DNA from: a virus
Taxonomy: Duplodnaviria; Caudoviricetes
Strand: one strand, 5' to 3'
IMG/VR virus record: IMGVR_UViG_3300035676_000013
Coordinates: 1-46,438 of that record
DNA length: 46,438 nucleotides
In this document: piece by piece, positions 18,501-26,966 of the stretch
How positions within the stretch are numbered: position 1 is the stretch's first letter
Layout of the letters: each line of letters begins with the position of its first letter
Made by a program: the position numbers and the translations under genes
The notes under the pieces: model-generated
Seen by the model: the letters and a program-made list of their open reading frames with translations, nothing else
Told to the model about the DNA's origin: nothing
The model's database searches: none

Positions 18501-21500
18501 GGAAGAAGCATTTGCCAAGGCCTTTGAGCGTTATTGTGCAGAAGGAAAAGCTAAGACACCACAACTTCAAAAGATCTTTGAGCAACTCCGCAGGTGGATG
18601 GCTCACCTCTACACTTCCATTGTCAGAAGCAGCATCAAGATCACACCAGAACTGGAGAACGTGTTCGACAAGATGCTTGGTGCTCGACTGCAGGGCAAGC
18701 CTTTCAAGAAGACCAAGACAGTATACCGCATTGTAAACACTAAGGCAAAGAATCCTGGGCAGATGTTTCCCATGTTCATGGGTGCGAAGGAACCAACGAG
18801 AATAGGATCGTGGATACCTGCAGAGATCTCACCTGGGCCGATGTCTCAAGGTCACCCTGGTTGGCACTCTGGCAGATTGCCCATGGCACAGCACCTCCGC
18901 ACAGAACACGGCAAGGGTCACATCAGACCAGGGAGGGTGTGGGTCCAGGCGGAGATTCCTGCTGAACAGGTCACCACACAGGACCAACAGGAGTGGGGCA
19001 CACTTCCTCCTCCTAATGGGTACTACGAGTTTCGAACCAACACCTCGCAGGTGGACCCATGGTACATCTCCGGTGCAATCAAGATCACCAAGGTTCTAAA
19101 CAATGCAGATGTGAGGAAGATCCTTGAAGAGGCAGGTGTGCCTGAGTCAGAGATTCAGAAGGAGATGCAGGACGAGGCAGTGTTCAAGCAGTTTGAGCCA
19201 CGAGTGCTGTACTCCACACGCAACGAGGTCATGCTGATCAATACGATCTTTAAGAATCCGCAGGCCGATGCCGACACAGTACGGTCTGAGAAGGAAGCAC
19301 TGAAAGGCACACTGATCAGGAAGATCTACCTTGGAGAAGCAGAGGGTGCTGCACGCTTCACAACCGTTAAAGAAATCAATGATACAATGGAAGCAGGCCA
19401 ATGGCTTGTGAGTGACCAGTATGGTGCAATACACGCACAACCGATCCTCAGTAAGGAAGATGACGCATTCGTTACTTACGGCAATACTGAGGAGCACAAC
19501 GTGGTTGTAGTGTTTCCGCCTGAGTCAGTTCGTGAGAAGAAGGACAGACACACCAAGGAATGCTACATAGACCCCAAGGTGAAACTGGAAGATGTGAGGG
19601 TAATCGTTCCGTACAGCAACCGCATGTGGACCATGGGTGAGTTGAACGTAGCAATGCACGAGAGCAACATCCTGTACTCCACGAGACAGGTAGCACCCAT
19701 GTGGTTTTCTCAGATGAAGTTGACTCTGCAGGAAAAGCTGCCAAACACAGGCACACCAGAGCAGTTCTCTAAGCTGATCGACACATGGGTTTCCAAGGGA
19801 ATGATAAAAGCGGAAGAGGTGAGATGGACAGATATTAAGGATTGGCTCAAGGAGCAAGGAGAGGAGAGGGTCTCCAAAGATGATGTGATCAGGTATGTCA
19901 GTGCACACATGCTCGATATCAAGGAAGTGTTCCATACTCAAACAATAGCTAAGTATAGTGACGGTGTTGTAGAGCAAGGGCCGATAACGTATGGTGAACA
20001 AACATGGAAAATCACATGGCCAGATGGAAATTTTGCAGGAGGGTTTGGTTCTAAGGAACTTGCAGAGGACTGGAAAACAAGGAAGGATGATGAGGTTGTA
20101 TTTGAAAACACTAAATACTTTCGTGAGCCACTTGTCACACCAGGGACCAAGAAAGGAAATTACAGTGAGCTACTGGTAACAATACCCAAAGAGGTTTTTG
20201 GTGAATTTTTTCCACAGAATATACATTGGAACGAAGACAACGTGGTTATCCATGTTCGTTTCTCTGAGCAGGTACTTCCTAATGGAAAAAGGATTTTGTT
20301 CATAGAAGAAGTACAGAGTGACTGGCACGAGCAGGGAATGCATGAAGGATACCAAACACCAGTAACCGGACTTACACCATACGAGCAAGCCAAAGTAAAT
20401 GTGGAAGAAAAAAGAACTGCGTATCGGAAGATAGTGCAGGAAGGTTTAAGGTTATGGGTTGAGAATTTTGTAAAAGCCGGTGGAGCAATTTCTATTGATG
20501 ACGCTGCGTATGAACGTGCTGAGAGATTAGTTGAGAGGATGCCGGTTGACGGTGTGATGAAATCACTTGAAGGGCATCCAATATATGAGGAATGGTCGAA
20601 TGCACGCAAGGAATATGTTAATGCCTCAGAAGAAATGAGGAATACAAAACAGGACGTATCCAAACTTCCGCCACCTGCACCATTCCAAAAAACTTGGCAC
20701 GAGTTTGCCATGAAGAGGATGCTGCGTTATGCTGCTGAGAATGGATATGACGTTATTGGTTGGACCACAGGTGAGACCCAGGTGCAGAGAAACATAGATG
20801 CAATGGATCAGGTGGTCGATAATTTCAATTGGAAACGTGTCTCTACAGGGCAAACATTAATTATCTTCAACTATCAGAGTGGTGAAGCAGACTCAATAGT
20901 TGTTGACACGAATGGTATCGTAACTGAAACTGACCCAGGAAGTGTACTTGATCGAGGCAGGGGTGGTCACCTTTCCAAAATAGTTGGAGTAGACATGGCA
21001 TCAGAGATCCTGTCAAATCCAGATGGAAATGTAAAAGGAAAGGAACTTGTTTTCGGTGGAAAATTTCTGAAGGTTCTTTATGACGAGAAGATAGTACAGT
21101 TCATAAACAAGTACGGAAAGAAGTGGGGTGTCAAAGCTGAAGAAGGCACAATTAGGATAACACCCACAAAACCGCAATTTCAAGTTGGGATTGGTTACGA
21201 AAACGAGTGGTATATTTATGACGTTGAAATGGGAGAAAAGGTTGGGAATGCTGTTGGATTTGCAACCAAGGAAGAGGCACAGGCATATAAGGAATACCTT
21301 GAACGTGACATAGTTGGCAAAGATACTCAGAAGATTTGGAAAGCAGAGTTGTCGCAGACCCTCAAGGATGAAGTGCTCTACACAGGTCAGGTGCTGTACT
21401 CACGCAGGGCACGAAATGAGGCACCTGCTAATACCGCAGGAGGTGCTGTTCGCAGGCAGAGTGTGAAGAGTAGGGTGCTCGATGTGACCGGACAGAAGAA

Positions 21501-24210
21501 GGTTGGTGACATGGTCTCTGAGCATGATGCTCTCAAGGGCAGACTGCAGGGTGAACGTGTTGCTGCCAAGGAAGCATTCAAGGCCGGCCAGGAAGAGGGT
21601 TGGGTAAAGGGTGCCACTGAGGTTGCTGCACCTGCATTCAAGGCAGGAGAGAAGGAAGGTGCCAAGGTCACTCGTGAGAAGATCGAGACTGTCAACCGTG
21701 AGAAACGATGGCTGAGAAAGCAGATTGCCTACCTGCAGGGTGTGAGCAAAATTGTCAGCAAGAAGAAACTGCCCTCTCCGCAGCAGGAGATTCTGCAGGA
21801 CATGCTGCAGGGTGTCGATCTCAAGAAGCCAACTGCCAATACGATATTCCATCTCACCAAACTCAGGGACTGGATGCAGAGTCACCAGACTGAGGTCGAA
21901 CTTTCAGACGAGACCATGGAGCAACTGTCCAGACTGGACAAGGTTCCGATAAGAGACATGACCGTGGACGAGGTGAACGGACTGGTCAACTCAGTGCGTC
22001 ACTTCATCACACTGGCTAGACAGAAACAGAGGATCAGGGCACAGGGAAAGAGGCTTGCCAGGGAGAACGCAGAGAAAGCTGCCATCGAAGAATTGAAACC
22101 TGTGAAAGTCAAGCCTGACAAGGTTCTTGGTGATCTCAATATCAAGTCCAAGATCGTTGCCGGCATGAGATACCTCAAGAGGTTTGTCCATCACTTTGAC
22201 ATGATGGTGGAGGAGTTGTCTCAGAAAGGTCCAGGTGGGGTGCTCTATGATGTGTTTGTGAGACAGATCCACCAGGGTGAGCAGGACATGATGCGTTACC
22301 AGAGAGATGCATTCAACCTAGTGTACGGTGAGTTGGATGCGTTCCAGAAGGCAAACGGAATAAAGGATATTGAGAAGTGGCTAGACGAGACCAGAATCAT
22401 CACGCTTAACAACAAGCACACTGGTGCACCAACCAAGATCAGACTGTCACGGAACGAGATCCTTTCGATCTACAGGCACTCGATCAATGAAGACAACGTG
22501 AGGGCAATGCTGCAGGGTGGTATTGGATTCAAGAACAAGGAGACACCCAACCAGACATTCATTCTCAATCAGACCCAACTGGACCAGATCATCGATTCAC
22601 TCACTGATGCCGAAGTGAAGTTTGCCACAGGCAGGATCGATGAGTTGTTCGACAGGCAGTACGAGTTGATGGCCCAGGTGTTCTATAAGAAGAATGGATA
22701 CAAACTGGAGAAGGTAGAAAGGTACTTCCCAAAAGATGTGATGGCAGTGGAACGTGGAGAGAAGTCAGTCGAGGCTGAGACCCTGGCTGAGAGAATGAAA
22801 GGGCAGACTGTCCGTGTTGGTGTGCCCAAGGGAATGACCAAGTCTCGTGTGGATTCCAAGAAGCCTGTCTATATCAAGCCTTTCACGGATGTCATTGCAG
22901 ACAGCATACTCAAGGCAAGCCGGTACATTGGCCTGGAGATCCCACTGAGCAATGCCGGCAACCTCCTCTATGACTCCAGGCAACTCCGTGCTGAGATGTC
23001 TGACAGGTACGGCAGTGTGCCTAAACTTGGTGGTGTGTGGGAACAGATCGAGAGAGGTCTGCAGGACATTGCAGGTGTGAACCATAGCAGTGAGGCTCAC
23101 GATGTGGTGGGTGGTTGGTTCCGTGGGAACTTCGCAACCGGACAACTTGGAATGAATATCTTCACGGTGCTGAGACAGTTGTCAGGTCTGCCAACCTTTA
23201 TGAAGGACGTTCCGATCCACCACCTGCTCAAGGCATTCTTCACTACAGGACTCGACTACTCTGAGACAATCAAGAGGATCGAGGAGTACTCACCCATGTT
23301 CTACGAGAGGGTGCGAGGTGGGTACAGCAGAGACATACAAGACGCACTCAGGAAGCTTGACAAGAACAACAGGATGTTCGGAACCACCAGTTTCTTCAGA
23401 CATCCTATTCAGAGGATGAAGGGTGCAGTGATGAAGCCCACGCAGATGGTGGACAAGGTCACTGTTGCCATGGGCATGGAAGGGGCAAAGGAATACGTTC
23501 TTGAAATGTTCAAGACTGGAGAGTGGGACCAACGTGTACTAGACAGACTTGGTATAACTGCAAGGGACGCACAGGCTATGTCACCAGAAGAGAGACTTCA
23601 GACTGCTTACCGTTACGCAGATTGGGTGACCACTCAGACTCAGCCGGTGTCCTCTAAGATATATCGTTCCGGTGTATCACGTAGTGGAAACTTTCTAAGA
23701 CTTATGACCATGTACACAGAGCAGACCAACGCTTTGATGAACATGTGGTCACAGGCAGTGAACGAAACATCAAGGACAGGCAACAAGACCATCCTGCTCC
23801 GCACCTTCATGGCTATGTCGATCAACTCCGCATGGCAGGTGTTTGTCAGTAACATCATCAGAGGCCTGATGCTGAAGGATGACTACGAACCTGACTGGAG
23901 CAAACTCCTCGTGGACTTCTTGGGTGACATGGTGTTCGGCCCATTCTACTTTTTACCGGACCTGCTCCGATACATCAGGGGCGAGGGCAAATACCAACAT
24001 CCGTTACATGCTGTTGCTGAACGTGTGGTAAGAGGGGCAACCAACATCATTAAAAGTTTTTCCACACCAAATGCAAGGAAGGCTGAGAAGCAACTCAGCA
24101 GTGGTATCTCCATGCTTGCATCTGGTGCAGGGTCAGTGATGGGTATACCTCTTGGACCCACATGGACACTGTGGCAAGCAGTACAAAAAGCAGTCAGTAA
24201 AACAGAATAA
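15568..24210 (+). CDS. giant (2880 aa) internal virion/ejection polyvalent protein (gp16 slot)
   Basis: Synteny; hydrophobic N-terminal helices; HELGH peptidase; Cys-cluster domain; EEVQSDW domain; helical C-terminal region. Confidence 0.8.
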   Translation: MMPEVPINLGDIPVEAGAANFTEDQPQTMMDTTSEVLKQSTPPVQAPESKSFDPWNTSLDDIEKPFKQIASDAGWTLEDIGEAKLYSGLANLPTDLVLDNMDVAREEYKKEPSFMEATSKAFQQDSIQHEIHVLANRQAHGEVLTPDLLFKMDQLAEQSNEIAKWMEDNKMGFVPEMIKDSASSLLPSMYRGLERGAPKAAAYGAVGTGIGLMTGPASPVAAPTIAGASFAAGMTIGVFESMQEEMTGKIYYDIMQEAKKQGQPVNIENAQTIAQIGGTVDAALELVEWGILARAPGASWLTKPVKNFMSKTLTRRVIGTFVGQAIGTTASETVTETLQDTVDMAALEYAKRMNNQEGASYKIADAAEMGKQVVKSLQDNARVMAPAGIFRAVLGGIGASMSKRPGKFVKLHDNPTSTSYSYAIYDVTDAAENMMAENPGRLEDLETFIKNTSGAIEFPDTMAKEAADIIAGTEFREGFSNREDLKAQIMAARPETMDEEKADKMVSMIELHANYRGEDLSEYTNRYIRGIVQGQETAGQYFSRRVDEETGKVELKPTEKPESQVQDWLFESYTSEEAESYFTRIREFIGSQRRLATKGRSSLAANQKTIMSIDFSTVCPFKEMGSPCIYCYVEQPRTWVKKLGHKLFGNSPKLEHQTINYTNEILEMPQELVDFFNSIGGLRVFSFGDYREQDMAKMQTVIDHAKQRGLKLKAITKQQPFIDKFGKDVQTDLSTDFDPDFAEKISSDRNVQMTLKSARSLISRAMTPSDAVAQKAANPNVRLRYVAMNRADAILAIMSPKYDVVTLYHGYTDPEKLMAIWRIQNPDLFKNLGEETVRALSEMFQSSKTKTYTDPDKSIMKLVHRVTGDPTITEEQFKQQALKKLCCQYNACGKCSVCCGFKKGEGLQILNQFLSGEVRASIEFDIDNRALIRAFKSAEVADFVHELGHLFRRTLLPEDLAVVEGIFKVKDGVWTEAQEEAFAKAFERYCAEGKAKTPQLQKIFEQLRRWMAHLYTSIVRSSIKITPELENVFDKMLGARLQGKPFKKTKTVYRIVNTKAKNPGQMFPMFMGAKEPTRIGSWIPAEISPGPMSQGHPGWHSGRLPMAQHLRTEHGKGHIRPGRVWVQAEIPAEQVTTQDQQEWGTLPPPNGYYEFRTNTSQVDPWYISGAIKITKVLNNADVRKILEEAGVPESEIQKEMQDEAVFKQFEPRVLYSTRNEVMLINTIFKNPQADADTVRSEKEALKGTLIRKIYLGEAEGAARFTTVKEINDTMEAGQWLVSDQYGAIHAQPILSKEDDAFVTYGNTEEHNVVVVFPPESVREKKDRHTKECYIDPKVKLEDVRVIVPYSNRMWTMGELNVAMHESNILYSTRQVAPMWFSQMKLTLQEKLPNTGTPEQFSKLIDTWVSKGMIKAEEVRWTDIKDWLKEQGEERVSKDDVIRYVSAHMLDIKEVFHTQTIAKYSDGVVEQGPITYGEQTWKITWPDGNFAGGFGSKELAEDWKTRKDDEVVFENTKYFREPLVTPGTKKGNYSELLVTIPKEVFGEFFPQNIHWNEDNVVIHVRFSEQVLPNGKRILFIEEVQSDWHEQGMHEGYQTPVTGLTPYEQAKVNVEEKRTAYRKIVQEGLRLWVENFVKAGGAISIDDAAYERAERLVERMPVDGVMKSLEGHPIYEEWSNARKEYVNASEEMRNTKQDVSKLPPPAPFQKTWHEFAMKRMLRYAAENGYDVIGWTTGETQVQRNIDAMDQVVDNFNWKRVSTGQTLIIFNYQSGEADSIVVDTNGIVTETDPGSVLDRGRGGHLSKIVGVDMASEILSNPDGNVKGKELVFGGKFLKVLYDEKIVQFINKYGKKWGVKAEEGTIRITPTKPQFQVGIGYENEWYIYDVEMGEKVGNAVGFATKEEAQAYKEYLERDIVGKDTQKIWKAELSQTLKDEVLYTGQVLYSRRARNEAPANTAGGAVRRQSVKSRVLDVTGQKKVGDMVSEHDALKGRLQGERVAAKEAFKAGQEEGWVKGATEVAAPAFKAGEKEGAKVTREKIETVNREKRWLRKQIAYLQGVSKIVSKKKLPSPQQEILQDMLQGVDLKKPTANTIFHLTKLRDWMQSHQTEVELSDETMEQLSRLDKVPIRDMTVDEVNGLVNSVRHFITLARQKQRIRAQGKRLARENAEKAAIEELKPVKVKPDKVLGDLNIKSKIVAGMRYLKRFVHHFDMMVEELSQKGPGGVLYDVFVRQIHQGEQDMMRYQRDAFNLVYGELDAFQKANGIKDIEKWLDETRIITLNNKHTGAPTKIRLSRNEILSIYRHSINEDNVRAMLQGGIGFKNKETPNQTFILNQTQLDQIIDSLTDAEVKFATGRIDELFDRQYELMAQVFYKKNGYKLEKVERYFPKDVMAVERGEKSVEAETLAERMKGQTVRVGVPKGMTKSRVDSKKPVYIKPFTDVIADSILKASRYIGLEIPLSNAGNLLYDSRQLRAEMSDRYGSVPKLGGVWEQIERGLQDIAGVNHSSEAHDVVGGWFRGNFATGQLGMNIFTVLRQLSGLPTFMKDVPIHHLLKAFFTTGLDYSETIKRIEEYSPMFYERVRGGYSRDIQDALRKLDKNNRMFGTTSFFRHPIQRMKGAVMKPTQMVDKVTVAMGMEGAKEYVLEMFKTGEWDQRVLDRLGITARDAQAMSPEERLQTAYRYADWVTTQTQPVSSKIYRSGVSRSGNFLRLMTMYTEQTNALMNMWSQAVNETSRTGNKTILLRTFMAMSINSAWQVFVSNIIRGLMLKDDYEPDWSKLLVDFLGDMVFGPFYFLPDLLRYIRGEGKYQHPLHAVAERVVRGATNIIKSFSTPNARKAEKQLSSGISMLASGAGSVMGIPLGPTWTLWQAVQKAVSKTE

Positions 24211-24228
24211 TAAATGGAGGTCCGTGCA

Positions 24229-24477
24229 ATGACACCTACACCCAATGGCTATTCACCTGCCTACTGTGAAGCAGTCAGGAGAGGTTGCGAGGAGAAGATG
24301 GAGAACATCAACGAGAAGGTCGATAAGGTGGACTCTCGCATGTGGTCACTGATCATACTTGCAGGGTCCAACCTTTTAGCATCTATAGGAGGATTGGTTT
24401 TCTACCTGATCACACAGTCGCAGAACCACGAGGTTCTAAAGCACCTGATGACAGTGACACCTGCTATCAAACCGTAG
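24229..24477 (+). CDS. coiled-coil plus single-TM protein, holin/antiholin candidate
   Basis: GGAGG RBS before ATG 24229; one TM segment; directly upstream of lysin. Confidence 0.55.
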   Translation: MTPTPNGYSPAYCEAVRRGCEEKMENINEKVDKVDSRMWSLIILAGSNLLASIGGLVFYLITQSQNHEVLKHLMTVTPAIKP

Positions 24478-24487
24478 GAGGTGAGAC

Positions 24488-24925
24488 ATGAAAGAAGTGG
24501 ACATCGAGAGGGCACACCTGCTTGAACCAGATCTTATCTTGGCAATCACTGTGTACGGTGAGGCACGAGGTGAGCCACTGCTTGGTAAGATTGCCGTTGC
24601 CCATGTGGTCAACAACAGGGTTAAAGACAACAGGTGGCCCAACACCATGGTGGACGTATGTCTTCAGCCGAAGCAGTTTTCATGTTGGAACGAGAACGAT
24701 CCCAACTATTCGATACTGACTCGCAAGCTATGGCAGATCAAAAGCATGGACCAGACCTATTCGTGGAAGGAGTGCCTGTTCGCTGCGGTTGGTGTGGTGA
24801 GAGACTATATTAAGGATCTCACTGAGGGTGCGAACCACTACCACACGAAATCGATACACCCATCTTGGGCAGACAAAATGGTGAAGACAGTCGAGATAGG
24901 CAACCACATTTTTTACAGGGGGTGA
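24488..24925 (+). CDS. cell wall hydrolase (SleB/Hydrolase_2 family) endolysin
   Basis: TVYGEARGE, VAHVVNNRV, QFSCWN, GANHYH, IGNHIFY. Confidence 0.92.
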   Translation: MKEVDIERAHLLEPDLILAITVYGEARGEPLLGKIAVAHVVNNRVKDNRWPNTMVDVCLQPKQFSCWNENDPNYSILTRKLWQIKSMDQTYSWKECLFAAVGVVRDYIKDLTEGANHYHTKSIHPSWADKMVKTVEIGNHIFYRG

Positions 24926-24927
24926 GT

Positions 24928-25344
24928 ATGGCTATTCCTTTGTTGGGACCAATCATCTCAGGCCTGGGTGCTATCCTTGCACCAATCGCAGAGATTGGTA
25001 AAAAATGGATAGAGAAAAAACAGGTCGAGGCTCAAGGAAAGATCGACATCGAGAAGGCGAAGGTCGAGGGTGAGGTCAAGAGGCTTCAGACTTCCCAGGA
25101 GCAGGAGGGTGTGTACAACACTGCTGCCCAGGAAGGGATGAAGTACTCGTGGAAAGACGAGTGGCTCACCCTGCTGTGGAGTGGACCATTCATCATGTGC
25201 TTTATTCCTGCTGCACAACCTTACGTTAAAGAAGGATTCAACGTGCTGAAGGAGTTTACTCCTGAGTGGTATCAGTGGGGTTTCCTGGGTATCCTTGTCG
25301 CTTCATTCGGATTGAAAGGATGGAACATGTGGAAGAAAGAATAA
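24928..25344 (+). CDS. holin-like membrane protein (GTA 3TM-holin-like)
   Basis: SWKDEW motif, two C-terminal hydrophobic segments, follows lysin; start moved to ATG 24928. Confidence 0.7.
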   Translation: MAIPLLGPIISGLGAILAPIAEIGKKWIEKKQVEAQGKIDIEKAKVEGEVKRLQTSQEQEGVYNTAAQEGMKYSWKDEWLTLLWSGPFIMCFIPAAQPYVKEGFNVLKEFTPEWYQWGFLGILVASFGLKGWNMWKKE

Positions 25345-25353
25345 GGAGACCCA

Positions 25354-25731
25354 ATGAAGATTCGATGCACTCCACAAGACTACGTGAAGTTTATCGGCTA
25401 TTGCAGGGAGTACATAGATAGGTTCCACCTGGGGCAATGGGAAATTGTTTACAAGTTCGACAAGAAGAAAGAGAGTGATAAGCTTGCACACTGTGAGTTT
25501 GGTGTCAACGCATTGCACGCTAAGATCACACTGTACGCAGACTGGTCACCACAGAACGAGGTAACCGATAAGACACTACGTGAAACAGCATTGCATGAGG
25601 TTCTCCACCTGATGTTCGCAGACCTGACATACGCAGAGATATGCAGCAAGGGTGAAGTCCTCATAAGGGAACGAGAACATGAAGTGATCAACAGAATTAT
25701 TTTAGGCCTTCTCTACAAGCGTCACAAGTAG
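25354..25731 (+). CDS. small zincin-like metallopeptidase
   Basis: ETALHEVLHL (HExxH) plus downstream EHEVI. Confidence 0.7.
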   Translation: MKIRCTPQDYVKFIGYCREYIDRFHLGQWEIVYKFDKKKESDKLAHCEFGVNALHAKITLYADWSPQNEVTDKTLRETALHEVLHLMFADLTYAEICSKGEVLIREREHEVINRIILGLLYKRHK

Positions 25732-25746
25732 TTTCAAACACATAGC

Positions 25747-25778
25747 ACGAGAGGAGAGGAAACTCTGCCTCTCGTTTT
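25747..25778 (+). terminator. intrinsic terminator ending the late operon
   Basis: ACGAGAGGAGAG-GAAA-CTCT(G)CCTCTCGT stem with GNRA loop and short T run. Confidence 0.65.
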
Positions 25779-25796
25779 GCGTCCAAGGAGGATACA

Positions 25797-26009
25797 ATGC
25801 AATTGTATGATGCGATACAATTCTGTATAGCAGATGGCAAGATCTATTGCCAGACACCACGCAGTGGTGTGGAGATCAACGCATTTCTGCAGACCATGAG
25901 AAGAAGCTTGGACGCATGGAGAACCAATGGAGACAAGCCTCTCCGTGTGGTCCCACCGGAATCGTGTGCCTATCCTCCGGTTGAGAGTGCAGGTGAATGT
26001 GTCAAGTGA
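25797..26009 (+). CDS. 70-aa hypothetical protein
   Basis: Strong AAGGAGG RBS; last rightward gene before the convergence point. Confidence 0.55.
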   Translation: MQLYDAIQFCIADGKIYCQTPRSGVEINAFLQTMRRSLDAWRTNGDKPLRVVPPESCAYPPVESAGECVK

Positions 26010-26048
26010 AGCGATTAACTCCTCCAGTTGGGGGAGTAATGGGTGAGT

Positions 26049-26124
26049 AAATAAAAAGGGTCCAGTGAGGAGGAGGCACCGGACCCTTCTGGAGAGGAGC
26101 ACTGAGGAGGGCAGTGCCCCACAG
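26049..26124 (-). ncRNA. two-hairpin 3' element with anti-SD (CCUCCU) loops; second hairpin is the early-operon terminator
   Basis: Minus strand GGGGCACUG-CCCUCCU-CAGUGCUCC then GGGUCCGGUG-CCUCCUCCU-CACUGGACCC-UUUUUAUUU; G-U wobbles favour the minus strand. Confidence 0.55.
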
Positions 26125-26127
26125 GGA

Positions 26128-26562
26128 CTAGCTATATGGAGTGTACTCCAAGAGGTGCAAAGGCACAGCATAGAAAAGTTGCCGGCCCATCCTGGCAACA
26201 TTGTCCCTGTCCTTGTCTACCTTGTGATCAAGTATGTACTGCATTGGAGCATGGAAGAAACCTTGCTCGATGTCCATCACGTAAATGGAGTTGGGTGGAT
26301 AACTGTCCACCTTGCGTGAAAGGAACTGCAGACCTTCAGTCTCTATGAGACTCTGGTACTTCTTGTAGTCCTTGTACTCCACATCGACAAGCCGGCCCAT
26401 GATAATGAAGTCACCTTTGCAGTGGGACTCTCCGTGCTCGTTGACCCACACATGGTCCAGGCCTATCCTGTGAAGGTACTCGTGGAACCTGACTTCAGCC
26501 TTGAAGCTGAGGTCATAGGATTCCTGGCTGAATGGAGGGGCAGCATTATTGGAGGGTGTCAT
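26128..26562 (-). CDS. putative PD-(D/E)xK nuclease
   Basis: AEVRF..GDFII..VDVEYK motif pattern; start set at ATG 26562. Confidence 0.6.
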   Translation of the reverse strand: MTPSNNAAPPFSQESYDLSFKAEVRFHEYLHRIGLDHVWVNEHGESHCKGDFIIMGRLVDVEYKDYKKYQSLIETEGLQFLSRKVDSYPPNSIYVMDIEQGFFHAPMQYILDHKVDKDRDNVARMGRQLFYAVPLHLLEYTPYS

Positions 26563-26764
26563 TCTCGACCCTGTCCACGCAGTCATCACAGAACAGATCA
26601 TTCACATTCTCAGGATGAAACCCCATTGCCAGTAGCAGGTTGGCAAACATCTCACCCATCTCGTAACAGTCCATGTCCCACCTGTTCACCTCGTGCCGGT
26701 AGGATCTCTTTGTACCTTCCATGTCCACCACTTCAACAGCAACAATCGTGTATGGCTCAACCAT
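26546..26764 (-). CDS. acidic hypothetical protein
   Basis: Overlaps both neighbours in the operon; AGGAG RBS. Confidence 0.6.
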   Translation of the reverse strand: MVEPYTIVAVEVVDMEGTKRSYRHEVNRWDMDCYEMGEMFANLLLAMGFHPENVNDLFCDDCVDRVENDTLQ

Positions 26765-26966
26765 GGTTCACTCTCCTTTTTTGTCGGTACGTTCTCATGT
26801 AGTTTCTCATGTACTGGTTCCTACACCAAGTGCACTTGCTCCGCACACCATCTCTTCGTGTGCAGTCCTTGTCAAACTCTGTGGTCTCAAGTTGTCGGTT
26901 GCAAGCGTAGCACCACTTTGCAGTAGGGTTGCCTGAGACCGGCTTGCTGTCTATGATCACGTTCAT
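26757..26966 (-). CDS. stand-alone zinc-finger protein
   Basis: KWCYAC...EF......DG..SKCTWC, like zinc fingers N-terminal to phage HNH/EndoVII nucleases. Confidence 0.7.
   Translation of the reverse strand: MNVIIDSKPVSGNPTAKWCYACNRQLETTEFDKDCTRRDGVRSKCTWCRNQYMRNYMRTYRQKRRVNHG

Noticed and set aside
15568-24210. Virion RNA polymerase (N4- or crAss-like) or DarB-type methylase/helicase
   Set aside because: No DxDGD, T7-type polymerase, NPP(Y/F) or Walker/DExH motifs recognised.
25732-26127. tRNA gene in the intergenic hairpins
   Set aside because: No cloverleaf or T-loop GTTCRA signature.
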